From NCBI GenBank assembly GCA_951804945.1, contig OX638152.1:37200001-37264000 (forward strand): 64,000 nucleotides of DNA, given 5' to 3'. How positions within the stretch are numbered: the first letter of the stretch is position 1; each line of letters starts with the position of its first letter. Made by a program: the position numbers and the translations under genes. Of the stretch, positions 36,325 through 49,770 are shown one piece after another. The notes beneath the pieces were generated by a model, which was given only the letters and a program-made list of their open reading frames with translations, searched no databases and was not told the origin of the DNA. The DNA comes from Podarcis cretensis (Eukaryota).

Positions 36325-37589
36325 GCACTCAATAATGTTAAGCCAATACAATGACTTCTAAGCATATTAAAGTTCCACAGTTCCACAAGAGAGTCATATC
36401 ATATAGTTTGCCCTGGAAATGTTAATTGTTTTCCAATCAGCTGAAAAGGAACATTCCATCTTCCAAAGCTTTACAATGAGTAAAAGCTCAGGGAAAGTGT
36501 TTGTTTGCCATTAACAGGATCTGCTGTGCTTAAACAGCATGGCACATCCAGCTTACAAGGCAACAAACATAGCAAAAAGCTGTTTCTTGCAACTACTAAC
36601 CTATGTAAGCTGACACTTGTTACGCTACCACTACATTATTATATAACACTTTTGCTATTTATGAGGAAGTATCATGTTCTGAGAGCCTGCTACTGGGTCA
36701 GCAAAGCAAGAAGTTAAAACAAAGAACATCTGGAAACACAGCATAATATTAGTATGGTAAGAGGTTACCAAGAACAATAACCTAAACACAGAACACATTC
36801 CACACATGATGCATTGACTTTATATTAATTCAATACAAATGTGCACAATAAAAGAATGTACATGCCGCATTATGACCAGTAGGAAACCAAGATAAAAACT
36901 GTGACCATTAGAAGGCAGGGAAAGCATACTAATGAACCCAAGAAAACAGTTCATTATTACTCCTTTGAAAGAAGTGGTTTCTTGGGCTCATTAGTATGCA
37001 TTTACCCTAAGTTCCCATTTGCCTTTGGCTAGTATCTGAGGCTGGGCTGCATCTTTCTATGAAATAAAGGATGGGGGTGGGGAAGAGTGTATTTCTTGTT
37101 CAATTATGAGAAGCAAACCATAGGATCTAATCAAATGGGGCGTAGAATACATTTGGTGGGTTTTTTCCTCCTGGCAAAAATGCCTCATGGGGAGCTGCTT
37201 CAACAAAATATACAAAATGAACTGCTAACATGCTTATTTCCTCTATCACAATGAACTGGGAGTAGGGGAAGAAGCAGAGTAGCTCTGACAGGTTTCTTCA
37301 TATTTTAGAGTATCTCCTTGAGAGGCAAAATTCCCATTTCCACCACATGCTAATTCTGGTTTTTACAACACCCCTGTCGTATGCGCCACCAAATCCATGC
37401 TTTTCCAGAACTTGACCAAAGAATGACGCTCATCTCTTGTATAATTGACACATTGTCCCACAATGGGATTTGGAGGAACTAGAGCATACTGTTTTTTCAT
37501 TTCATATTACTCCAGCAGGAAATTCATCCCCGGTTTCTTGTAAATATGCATCTTTTTAGGGTGTTTTAAAATCATGCACAGACAAGGTA

Positions 37590-37820
37590 TAGATTTAGGT
37601 AGGTAGCCGTGTTGGTCTGACGCAGTCAAAATAATTTTTTTAAAAAATAGTCCAGTAGCACCTTAGAGACCAACTAAGTTTGTTCTGGGTATTATATAAG
37701 GGTCTGGTGACTTCTGTTTCAGTGTATCTGAAGAACTGTGTATGCACACAAAAGCTCATACCCAGAACAAACTTAGTTGGTCTCTAAGGTGCTACTGGAC
37801 TATTTTTTAATTTTTTATTT
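37590..37820. mobile_element. Penelope-like element remnant with inverted terminal arms and degenerate minimal hammerhead motif
   Basis: GGTAGCCGTGTTGGTCTG start. Perfect 53-bp inverted arms at 37640-37692 and 37758-37810. CTGAAGA..CACAC-AAAA-GCTC motif. 10-bp direct repeat AGACAAGGTA at 37580-37589 and 37821-37830. Confidence 0.85.
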
Positions 37821-37933
37821 AGACAAGGTACATTTTAGTTTTAACAGAAATTTAATTTGTTAACTTAATCAAGCCAACTTTCTTTTCCCTCATACTTTGT
37901 AAGCAGTATTTTTAACTTTAAAATAAAACTTAC

Positions 37934-38028
37934 TTCATATTCGGCAAGACTGAGGCAACTGGAGGAGGTGGTGAGAGCCGAGGTGGAACATCATACTCTT
38001 CATTTCCTAGATGGCCATTTGAAAATAT
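37934..38028 (-). CDS. CBLB: CBLB exon 13 equivalent (EYDVP motif)
   Basis: gtgcag|ATA..AA|gtaagt. [31 protein letters not shown](K); 95 nt. Confidence 0.96.
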
Positions 38029-38164
38029 CTGCACAGGATGGATTTCTCAGTATTATAATTCCTCCACAATGTGTAGGTAAAATCAATAACTGGATGCATT
38101 ATTTAAGTCCTTCCCCTCAAATTTAATGTCTCTCAATCTGCTCTTTGTAGTCCCATACCAATAT

Positions 38165-38476
38165 AGGTAAAGGTAAAGGGACCCCTGACCGCTAGGTCCA
38201 GTCGCGGATGACTCTGGGGTTGCGACACTCATCTTGCTTTATTGGCTGAGGGAGCTTCTGGGTCATGTGGCCAGCATGACTAAGCCGCTTCTGGCGAACC
38301 AGAGCAGCGCACGGAAATGCCAGTTACCTTCCTGCCGGAGCGGTACCTATTTATCTACTTGCACTTTGACGTGCTTTTGAACTGCTAGGTTGGCAGGAGC
38401 TGGGACTGAGCAATGGGAGCTCACCCTGTTGTGGGAATTCGAACCACCAACCTTCTGATAGGCAAGCCCTAGGCTC
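38165..38476 (-). mobile_element. Sauria SINE, 5'-truncated
   Basis: Near-identical to 4453-4803, with a small internal deletion and lacking the first ~35 nt of the head. Confidence 0.9.
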
Positions 38477-38531
38477 ATAATTCTACACAAAAAGTGGTCT
38501 TCTTCGGAACTCCAGGCATTTAACACAGACT

Positions 38532-38926
38532 GGCCTAGTTTGCCATCATGCGAAGACAAACCACAGCTTAGTGTGTACAAACAAGCTTCTGAGGAGAATA
38601 CTGTGGCTGCTTTGTTCCTCTCTGGTTGTTCAGCTGTTGTGTGTCAACATAAGCTAAGTCATATGTAATCTGAACCAGGGCTCGTGGTTTAGCTCTCTCC
38701 AAAGTAACCATGAATCATAACCAAGGTTTCTTCTTTGTTCACAGCATATAGTTAGTCTGGAGAGAGCTAAACTATGAGCCAGAGTTTGAAAGACACACTA
38801 AACTATTGCTGAGCTCACTATGGCACAGCAGCAAAATAACTGGGAAGAAGCAAAGTAGACACAATCTCTTCCCCAGGAGGTTGCACCAACCCATAGTTTG
38901 GCTTAATCTGATGTGCAAACTAGGCC
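38532..38926. mobile_element. Palindromic non-autonomous DNA element, PIF/Harbinger-like ends
   Basis: TIRs GGCCTAGTTTGC / GCAAACTAGGCC. Inner arms GGCTCGTGGTTTAGCTCTCTCCA / TGGAGAGAGCTAAACTATGAGCC. Confidence 0.65.
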
Positions 38927-39321
38927 TATATATTTATTCTATGTTCCTTTCTGTCTTACTCTTCTCTCTTACTTAAATAAATGTATTTATAAAAACACAA
39001 AGAAATCTCCAGAAAACCACAAAACAGGAAAAAATGAAGCTATTGGCAATAGAAAGTCACTATCATAATAATTTGATTAAAGTTTTTAATGGCTCCCTCT
39101 TTCTGGCCTTTTTTTGTAACCAAATAACCCACAAATTAAAGTGTACAAGCTGTAGCGTTACTTTAAATGAGTAGATGTAATAATTCTTTGATTGTTAACA
39201 GGATTTCAATTATATAGCTGTCAAATGGTAAGAAAAGAACAATAAAACGGCACTTGAACTTGTGGGCCACTGTGCCAGAGTGTGAAATAAAATTAAGCTT
39301 CATGCACCATGGATCTCTCAC

Positions 39322-39690
39322 CTTGGCACTTTCTGAAGGCAAATCATGGCGTCTGTGTTTTCGCAGAAATACTGGATCAGAACCCATTCGACAGTGCCGA
39401 CCATTCATATTTGAGCTTGCTGTGAGTCCAGGTTTGGGAGAACCGTCGCCTCCTACTATTCGACATCCTGCGATATTATTTGTTCCACACACCTCTCTGG
39501 GGCACCAGGCTTCGAGCGGCATAGGCTGGTCTCTGGAAGGCACACTTTCAGGATGATGCAAGTGTCTGCTTAGCCTATTATCTGGTGGAATGGGCGGGGG
39601 TCTTTCTGGCGGAGGTGGGGGAGGATCTCGTACAGGCGGCGGTGGTGCAGGAAGAGGCTTGTCTTGCTTCCTCATCATGCATGGAGAAGA
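39322..39690 (-). CDS. CBLB: CBLB exon 12 equivalent (proline-rich region)
   Basis: ccctag|TCT..AAG|gtgaga. [54 protein letters not shown]; 369 nt. Confidence 0.97.
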
Positions 39691-41016
39691 CTAGGGAGAC
39701 GCAACAGAAAGCAATATATCTATAACTGCATGCATTACAAACAGGTTTGCTTTATCCACAGAATTATCTTCAGAAAAAAACTAAGCAAGGCTTTAAAGCG
39801 CTGGGGAAACTATTCTCTACCTGCAATGTTTTTCATTTCCCACACAGCCCAATCCCAATTATTCCAAGTGAGATTGTAATAATAATTCTTGACAGGAAGT
39901 TGAAATTTAAAAGATCTATTTTCTTTCCCATATAAGTGGGAAGCGATATTCTGCATCTACGACATTTATTGGCAAGAGAATAGAATATTCTTTGCATGTT
40001 CACGCAGCACCAAACTTTTGCTAAGTAATAATGATCAGAGTATAACCAGTTGAAAACTTTAAAAATAAAAATACTATAAAATAGGTAACGTGAGTTGTAA
40101 AATATTCATTACAGAAAATCAGCAATATACTCAATTCCCAGAATACACCATCATGTTCATCATCTTAAACTAATGTCTGTACTCATGGCTAAAGACCAGC
40201 AACACTGACCCTTCACTGCCAGTTTAAATGACAGTTAATTAAAATTATGATAGCAATGAATAAACATTTTATGTACTTCAGTTGTCTAAGCATTATGCAA
40301 CTAGAATGAAATTTAATTTGCAAATAGAACTACCAAGTTGAAGGCAAAATGCTGATAAAAAGTAAATTGTAAGTTATCACTGGTCATCCACACACATACA
40401 GGCAGGCACACAGACTCACTAATACAGTTTTCAAAGCATGCCTTCAACATTCAATTAAAAATCTAATTATATTTGGTGTACCAATTACAACCCAAGTGAT
40501 CTTGCTTTAGGAAGAATGCTTGTGCATGACTGTACTATTTTGTTGACTATTCTTTCTGCCCTAAAGAAAGCATATTTTTCTGAATGCTTTCCCTCTTAAA
40601 GAGAATTTACAATTTGCTGAGAGTACAGCTTTTCCCTTTATGTAACTGTAAGTAAACCATGGGTTTACAGTTTCTCACCTTACTTTCAACAACATATGAC
40701 AAGTACAAATTATGGATGGTATTCATCCAAGTAGAGCAAAAGCTTCCAGCTGCACAGTGGAACTTCATCTCCCCCTCCTTTCCCACAAAACCCTCTGAAT
40801 CTGTTCTGGTGAACCCTCCAAATATCTGGAATGGAATTGGAGAAGGTGCAGGGTATGTGCAGGAAGAGGAGAGGGAGGTGAAAATCTGTTGTGCAAATGG
40901 AAATGCTTCTGCTAATGAAACATTTTCACTTGATACCACTCTATGCATATGGAAATGAAGATAAATTTGAAAATATTGTACAATTTAAATGTAAGTCAGA
41001 TAATCAATTTTTCAAA

Positions 41017-41334
41017 GGCTGCATTTGCATGTAATGCAAAGCCAAGAACCATCTTTTATTAAGCCAAACTATACACTGGTACACGATTCTCCCTTCCTTC
41101 ACGGGGGTAAACAAATCATGAAACAGGCTAGCTTAGTGTTGCACCCAAGGTTGTGGTTTGTTAGGGCAAAGCAAACCATGAGGTCAAATTCAGATGTAAT
41201 ACTAAGTTGGCTTCTCCATGGCTTTGGAAAGAAGTGAAAAGTGGGGATGCTTGCACTGTGTGCACCAGTATGTAGCTTGTGCACAAATGATTTAAGCCAA
41301 GCTTTATGACTTTGTGTTATGTGTGAACACAGCC
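41017..41334. mobile_element. Degenerate palindromic Harbinger-like MITE
   Basis: Imperfect inverted ends GGCTGCATTTGCATGTAATGCAAAG / CTTTGTGTTATGTGTGAACACAGCC; internal AAACCATG/TGGTTTG motifs. Confidence 0.5.
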
Positions 41335-42511
41335 ACTGTTTTTCACTTGCTATTTAGTTTTGCAAACTGGAATAATAAATAGTGTACTCTATTGGCATAC
41401 TTAAGTATTCATTGAAAGGTGAGATACAAGTAAAATTTGACACCAGTATTTCTACTGCATTAAATTGGTATGGCATGGGATGGGGGATATTACAATAGAA
41501 ACATTTTTTTTTTTAATGTCATAGGGATGCCTATGTCAAACATATAGCTTAGATTCTAATGCCCAACTTAATGTATGCTTTGTGGTATTTTTACTAAGTC
41601 ACTGGGGATCTTTACTATAGCTCTGTAAGGGCCCCCAGGTTGACCGTAAAAATTACTTTTAACACAACTCTGGATGCAGGGTATGCGGGTCTACAAAGTG
41701 GGAGAACAATATGTGGTTTTTTGTGGGGAGGGGGTTTGAACAGTCCAGAATAAACCATATTAAACTACAACTGTTTTTTAAAATTTATTTCCCTTTTTCT
41801 TACATTCTTACCAAGTGCATGCACAGAGGACAGGAACTCACACTGTACTGCCTGCTCCTGCAAAGGCAAATGAATATTGGATGGGGGAAGGAAGAGGTAT
41901 GGAGTGACAGATGACAAGTGATGGAAGAAAAGCAGAGAAGATCAAAGATGAAGAGGAGCAGCAGTGGAGAAAGCAAAGGGAAAGCAGTGGGGATGAGAAT
42001 CTAAGTGTGAAAGAAAAAGAGGCAGAGGTAGACCAGTCTTCAGCCAGAGAGAACATTGTCATGCAACAGCAGCAGCCAGCACCAAATGACTGGGAAGCTG
42101 TAGAAGCAATTATTAGTGATTCAACAAGAGTAACACTGTTCTTTATGGGTATATGAGTTATTTGCATTTGATTAGAATTGTTATGTTTATTATTTAGTTA
42201 ATGTAGTCACTTGTGAAAAATCCAATAGATGTTCTCTCTCTCTCTCTATAGATAGCTAGACAGACAGTGATCAAGACAGAGAAAGGATTTGTGTGTTGAC
42301 ACAACAGTTTCATCGCTGGCTTGAATCTCTTGTGGTGCACTGCAGCCTGCTCCTAAAGCAGTAGTTTGCAAGAATGGTGAAAGTAGCAAGGGCAACCTGA
42401 GAAGCCTACCCATGTACCAGCAGGCATCACATATGTAAACACTTACGGATCTCATCTAATTTCTTGGGTGAGGGTGTCAAAACCATAAATGGTATGAGTA
42501 AATAAGACTAC

Positions 42512-42697
42512 CTTTGGTGAGCTAGTAGGGCTGGCACAAGGGGATCGAGCAACTCCCTTTTGAATTAGATCTAGTCGAGGAGGCACTGGTGGGAGGCTAA
42601 GATGAGGTCCTTGGAGGGGTTCAGGAAGTGGCTTTCTTCTTTGTGCAAGTGGAGAGGATCCTGGAGATGTCACTGGGGAATTCTGTCTTTCAGTACA
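42512..42697 (-). CDS. CBLB: CBLB exon 11 equivalent
   Basis: ttgcag|TGT..AAG|gtagtc. [62 protein letters not shown]; 186 nt. Confidence 0.97.
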
Positions 42698-43517
42698 CTG
42701 CAACAAAGTATCCATAAGGGTTATAAAACGGTTTTGGTTTTGTTTATTGGGATACTTTCATATACACTTTCAAATTCTTATGGCTTATGCACCTATCAAC
42801 AATTACACTGGCTGTATTGCTATGATGCTCACAATTTATTTTGAAGAGTAAGTATTAAATAGATTCATATTATGAGGAAGATAAAGATATTTGCTCAAAG
42901 AAAGAGAAATAAAGACAAATAAATATAATTACAAATTGGTTCCATATGAGAGCATAAATATACCCTACACCAGGGCTTAACAAATACACTTGCTGGAGGT
43001 GGCAACTCTCACACTAAACATCCCACTGAGTTCAGGGGAACGAACTTTCTAGTGCTGAGGATTTTAATTTTAAGATTATTTAAGATTGCTCAGTTGGGGA
43101 TTTTTAGGGTAGCATATTGCTTCAAGTGACGACATCTGGTGCCTCTGTAGTCAAGTTCTATTCCAAACTCCAGCAATATTTTCAAAATACAGTTAATTTA
43201 ATGCACGGCTATAATTTAATTTAACACAAATTTCTTTGCTCTTTTATATTACATTTTTTAAATGTTGATGTACTAATAAAGCCTACAAGAAAGACACTTT
43301 AGCTAAAACTGAACACACTTGAATATCTTGGAATTCTTAGATACATAATCCCATTGAAGTTTTAAGTTAATTAGAAATGAAACTTATTGGAGCAGTACTT
43401 GGTTTCTGCAAGTAGGGCTATACCCAAGAAATGTTACTACGTTTGGAACACCTGCAAAGTTGCTTGAAGATCAAATCCTTGGTATTTCACATATCAACAA
43501 TGTGCATTCACTGCAAT

Positions 43518-43590
43518 ATACATATATTCCATATATATACATATACATGTATTCCATATATATACAATATACATATATTTCATATATTCC
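43518..43590. repeat. Degenerate AT-rich minisatellite (ATATACATATATTCC-like units)
   Basis: Three imperfect units. Confidence 0.7.
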
Positions 43591-43817
43591 ACAGTGATAG
43601 ACAGAAGCCTAAACATTTAATTCACACACATTATCTGACACTGATGTCATTTTGAATACTTCTTTTTAACCTGTGTTGTTTTTGGAAAATATTTATTGCT
43701 GGAGATATTGCAGTGTGCATGCTATCCTTCACAATAAGTGATTAGTTGTAATTTTGCTGAGCTTTTTAGCTCTTCAGTTGTGTTCCTGAGCCATTATTGC
43801 CTAACTAGTATTAATGC

Positions 43818-44172
43818 AAACCACTGAGCCTTTTGGGCTTGCCGATCAGAAGGTCGGCAATTCAAATCCATGTGAAGGGGTGAGCTCCCATTGCTCTGTC
43901 CCAGCTCCTGCCAACCTAGCAGTTAGAAAGCACACCAGGGCAAGCAGAGGAATAGGTACCACTGCGTCGGGAAGGTAAACGGCATTTCTGTATGCTCTGG
44001 TTTCTGTCATGGTGTTCCGTTGCACCAGAAGCGGTTTAGTCATGCAGGCCACATGACCCAGAAAGCTGTCTGTGGACAAATGCTGGCTTCCTCAGCCTGA
44101 AAGCGAGATGAGTGTCATACCTCATAGATGCCTTTGATTGGACTTAACCATCCAGGGGTCCTTTACCTTTAC
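43818..44172 (+). mobile_element. Sauria SINE, different subfamily, slightly 5'-truncated
   Basis: GGGCTTGCCGATCAGAAGGTCGGC, TAGTCATGC.GGCCACATGACCC core, CAGGGGTCCTTTACCTTTAC tail. Confidence 0.85.
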
Positions 44173-44194
44173 ATTTTTTATCACATCAATAGTA

Positions 44195-44411
44195 CAGTCG
44201 TACCTCTGCTTACGTATCCCTCTGGATATGTAATCTTCGGGATGCGAATGTGGCAAACTCGGAAGTATTTTTCCGGTTTCGCCCCGAGCGCATGCGCAGA
44301 AGCACTCTACGCGCCGCACACATTCACAGAAGCGGTCCTCCGGTTGCGAATTCCTCGGGATGCAGCCGTGACCTCCAGAACAGATCCCATTTGCAACCAG
44401 AGGTACCACTG
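44195..44411. mobile_element. Tc1/mariner (Tigger-like) MITE, family B
   Basis: TA-CAGTCGTACCTCTG...CAGAGGTACCACTG-TA; interior unrelated to family A. Confidence 0.8.
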
Positions 44412-46038
44412 TAGTAGCTTATCAGCTTTAAAACCTACTTCTGTGGATGAGGTGAGTATTCCACATGGCCCCTCTGCTGAAACTGACTACTTTTTGAGTT
44501 TGAGCTATTGCCCTTTGGGGGGGGGGGAATCTTACCTTCAGGAAGGAGGTGCCAGGAGGAGAAGGGAAGGATGATAGGTCAGATGAAACCCAAGAGGGCC
44601 TCCTCTTGGTGGCCAGCTTGCTTTATACAACATTTGTAATGAGATGCACAATGTCTCATGATATGGTGGCACATGATCTAGGAAGCTTTGCTGCTGAGCA
44701 AAGCCCCTTTCCATTAAGGTAAGCATTATTTCAATACGACAGTTGGGAGGGTGGGGCAGAGCATAGGAAATCAGGCTGCTTATAAGTCAAGCCCTTGTAA
44801 AGCCCATCATGGTTTTTCAAACTTTCAACTTGAAAACAAGTAGTCAAACTGCAAGTTCAGCTGAGCAGCTGAGTGTTTGCCCATCTCTACCACTTTCTTA
44901 TAAGTAAATAAAGTCTGCAAAACATGCAATACTTTACAGTTTCAGTCTTAAAACTTTTGCAATTGAAATAACATGTCCACACTTTGTTCTTTAGTGTTTG
45001 TACACAATGAATAGACTTTTAAGAATTTGCAGGCTTGAGCCCAAATTAGACTACATGGAACGGAGGCATAGAAAAAAGGCATAACTGAATAATCATCAGC
45101 TTTAGCATTCTGAATCCAGACCAATTACAGTAGCTAGACTTTAATATTGTATGACAACTCGTGCTTTGAGAGCATTTGCACATGGTATGTTGGTTGGGTT
45201 GATACAAGTTTAACGTATCAGCTATTCCCATTAGAGTTTTCCTGCGAGAAAGATTGTCACTTTGGTTTTGTGATTTATTCCTCAGACATTACAAATTTGC
45301 ATTTTTTTGCATGAAACAGAAAAACATATCTGAAACTCATTACTTTCTCTTCAGACATTACAAAGCAGCTACTAAATATGCTCAAGGCAATTGCTCTGGT
45401 TCTGGCAAAAGAGTAGCAAACCAGATGGTATAAATGTTTCACAATGCAAAGCAATCTGGATACTGACTCGGCATGATGCACAGCACCATGGAATTCCCAG
45501 ATTGCTCTGAGACTGCAGCAAGTGGGTAGGGAGATCATGATTTCTGTTAAATGTTCTGAGCATGAAATTAGGTATTTCTGTCCGCAATTGTGCAAATTGT
45601 GCTTTAGAAGGTAAACAAGATTCATTTTATTAAATTAGGAGATGGGTGGGGAAACTCCATCCCATTGGCTAATCTTGGCCTGCTAGGGGTTCCAATTTGG
45701 CCTGCTAGGCCATTTCCCCCAAACGTCTCCCTTCTGCCCATCTACTGACCTCACTGGGTTTAATTCTACATTGGCTGTGTATCCTGTCTGAAGGGAACAG
45801 GATCAAATAGCCAAGGCAGCAGAATTTAATCCCTGCTCATCAGTAAGTAGTAATGGCAGCAGAGACTCCTCTTTTCACACACCTGGCTGCTGCCTGCGCA
45901 TTCACTTAAAGAAGAACAGTCAGCTATTTTAAGCAGCACTTTTGCAAAGTGCTTAAAAACAGCCTCGACACTCCCATGTCAGCCTCCAGAGCTATATTTT
46001 AAAGCACATGATATATCTGGAAATATATATATATATAC

Positions 46039-46242
46039 CTTCCGCACAGAAGCTAATCGATTCATCATTAAAGATTCTTCTCTGTCGTCGTCATCATCCA
46101 ATTCGAGCATGGGTATACCGAAACTATCCATAATGCTGCAGCACCTTGTGTTCTCATCTCGGGGATCAAAGGGGTCCACAATTATGGGTTCAGTTCCTTT
46201 GATTTCACAGCGGCAGAAAGGACACCCCTGACCATCAGACTC
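46039..46242 (-). CDS. CBLB: CBLB exon 10 equivalent (RING C-terminal half)
   Basis: atatag|GAG..AAG|gtatat. [68 protein letters not shown]; 204 nt. Confidence 0.97.
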
Positions 46243-49200
46243 CTATATGGGTGAAAAGCAAAGTCCTTAATTACTGAGCACTATTTTTATTTGTATGTAT
46301 AGAACATTCCTCAAGAAAAGGGAAATCAGTGAAAAGAATTTTAATTGTTAATTAAAATTACTGCAAAAGAAAACCCAAGTGAATGTCTGTTATTCAAATA
46401 TAGTTCTGTTTTATTTTTTCTTCCAGGCTTGCCTCTTCATGAAAGTTCAGATATACATCTGGACTTGCAGTTCTCACTAACATGTTGCAGTATTGTGAAT
46501 AACTACACTAATGGGAACCTCTTTCATTTGGTAGAATTCCAAAACTTAGGTCAAAAGCTTTCATATCAATGAATTTCCACAAACATTTCTAAGCAATTAG
46601 GGACATATTATCTAATAGCTTTCAAAAGGTCATATTTGTTTACCTTGCGCATGAACATCATTGGTATTATGTTACCAAAATTGTTAAGAGGAATAAACAT
46701 AAATTACCCAATCTGTTATTCTCCCTAAAGAAGTAAGTTTTTAACTGTGCATGGTTTTTTTTACATTTATAAGTAAATGCAACACAAACATAAACAACCA
46801 GAGGAAAAAAATACGTGTTTTAAAGAACAGAGCAAAAGAAAGAGCAAAGAATATCACTTTACAATATAGAGGTACTATTTACTTTACAGTATAGAGGTAC
46901 TATTTGAGGGGAAAAGAAGAAAGATTTTTTGCTTTTTAACCACAGGCTCTATGCTTTATCAAGTGCTTTTGAAACTTCTCTCTTTCTCTCTTGTTTATTT
47001 ATTTCTATATCACATGCATCCTCGCACCATTATGAATGTAAATTATATCTATTCAGTCAGACTTGCTTAAATAAGACAATATACAAGTGACTTTTCACAC
47101 TGCCTACTGGAAAGGAGTCTCCACATTTTGTCAGGCCTTGATAACTTATCAAATTCTGACTCTGCCTTATCCTCAAAATCAGAATAGGAGTGCTGTCTTG
47201 TGTCTGAAATTGGTCAAAGCTTTAGAGGCATAGGGAATGCTTCTGAAGCAAAATGCAAAAAAATAAACAAACTCTGAACTTGGTCTCATTTTGTGCAGGA
47301 AGGTAGTCACATTAAAAGAGATGACTGTTACTAGCAACCTTGACAATGCATTTGTAGATACCCACTTTGGGCTTTAAAATAAGCAATGATTCTACACAAA
47401 TGAGTGATTAGCTACGCACACATATAAATTCAATTCAATGTTATAAGCATACAGGAATATTAGGGCAGTGCATGAGTATGAGAAAGAAACTATTTTTTAA
47501 AAAAACCAAGATAAGTTCCTTTTTCTTATCTTATACATTTTAATTTTTATTTCAGTGTTTATTTATCCTAGTTTTCTCTCCATTAAAAAGTACTGAGAAA
47601 GTTGACATTCAGTACAGAATACCCAGAATAACTGAAGACATGGAGTAGCTTATTTTATTTAATAACGCAGATGTTTCACTATGGGAAAAGGGGACTGGCA
47701 ATTTCTCCTTAGGCATGTCTAATGAGCCATTATGACAGCAATTAAACACTAACCACTAGCAAGTATCAACTGACATTGCTACAGTATGTTCCTTTCATCA
47801 ACTCATTAATTATACAGAAGTTAAATTTGCAATGAAGTTTGATTAAATAGGAAATGTGGCTGCTAATGCAAGAAAAGCCCAATTCTCTCTTTCTCATTAG
47901 AATTCACTTATTAAGGGTTACACTTTAGCTGGAAATACACGATCTGTGTGTTTGGTTTGGGCCATATTCTTCATCCCCACTGAGGCGTAGAAGGAGGAAC
48001 AGCTCTCCAATGGAAAGTTAACACCTGCAATTTGCCTCTGCACTTGTTTTTACAGCTGCTACACCTAAAGACCCAACAGAGAGTGCAATCCCCATTGGTG
48101 AAAGGAGGAAAAGGGATATTTTTAATTCAATTGCCACCATTTCTACAGCCTTCTTAGCATCCTTAATAGTTCTTTAGATTCCACCAGACAAACAAAAGCA
48201 TGTAAAAACAGAGCCTAAAATTTATACACACAAAGATCACACTGGGTGCAATCCGAGAGAATTTACTTCCTGAGAGTCTGCTAGAAGTAATAGGACTGGA
48301 CTCGCTGGTAGCTTTCACCAGATTTATGTGTGTTTAACTTTCTTTGAATGGTTTCTATTTTAAATGCTTAGGTACAATTTAGGTACAAGTAGGCAGAGTT
48401 CAGGCTTGTCAGATTAATTTTGCTTTTTCCGAGAACCCCAAGATCTACCAGCAAGAGCCTGGCACAATATTCTAACATACAGCCTCTGAGCACGACTGAG
48501 CACAGCAATTTTTTTTTCATTACTAGAAACAAGCAGAACGTACTGTACTTTCACATAAACATTCACTCCTGGTTAAGTTTTCTCATTTTAAGAAGCCGAA
48601 AAAGTTAATTTGAAGTGAGTTGCTTCAAATAGCCATTTTGAGCAGGATTTAATCTCTGTCCATCAGCTGACGAGCAGAGGTTACATCCTGTTGCCTTGTA
48701 CCCATGATCATGTTCTCTGCTGGGTATACAGCAAAAAGCCACGCGGAATTAAATCCTGTACATCAGTGATGTCAACTGATGGGATAGTGTGGGCATGATT
48801 TGGGAAAAATAGCCTTGCAGGCCAAAATTGGATCCCCTTGTGGACCATGACTGGCCTGGAGGACAGAGGTTCCCCATCCCTACAGTAAGGGTTCTCCAGA
48901 TTTGGTAAGCAAAGGAAGAGGGGTAGGAGAAAGAGAGATGATTCACCTTAGCTTCCTCCTCGGCTTGGTGTTTTATTGCTGGGTGAGTTATTTATCGCAC
49001 AAGTTCTTAGGAGTGCTGACCATTTGAGAAGTCTCTCTCTTGTCCACCCATACACTACCACTTATCTTCTCCATCCAATAATTTTTAAACATCTTCCTTG
49101 ACAAGCTCACACCTAATAATGCTGTTACTTGTAATTTTCAATAGCTTATTGATCTAGCTTTGAATACAGCCCTGCATTTATTTTCATATATGACAAAGTG

Positions 49201-49584
49201 TGTCAAAGTGCAGGGCCAAATGTCCTCCACCACATTCCATATAAAGAACATAACTGGACCGGCAACTGAAGCTTATTTCAATGCTGGTAACACGATTGCA
49301 TTGTCCACAGCACCTGAGGCAGCACAGTAGTTTGAAGTGGCTATGACAGTCCATGTAGCATACACAGGTCTGTCCTCCAACAAAGGGAAACAGCTGCCAC
49401 TCTGTACCTCAGCATCTGCCACTTGAGGCGACCCTTTCACTTTGCCTATTATAGGACTGGCCTGACAAAATGGAAGCAAAGTAGCAATATTTCAAAGCAT
49501 ATTCCTGAAGCCGATACTGCTGAAAAACCAGCAAAATGAACAGTGAAAAGAGGACCACAAGAAGTCGGAAAATAAACCTACCTA

Positions 49585-49770
<186 letters not shown>

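Noticed and set aside
41880-42160. Glu/Lys-rich ORF 41911-42156 (similar purine-rich stretch at ~55350-55560)
   Set aside because: Low-complexity purine-rich sequence antisense within a CBLB intron; possibly a decayed LTR, but no ends or TSD could be supported.
44122-44574. ORFs of 95 and 148 aa
   Set aside because: They span a SINE tail and a MITE, and have no domain or splice support.
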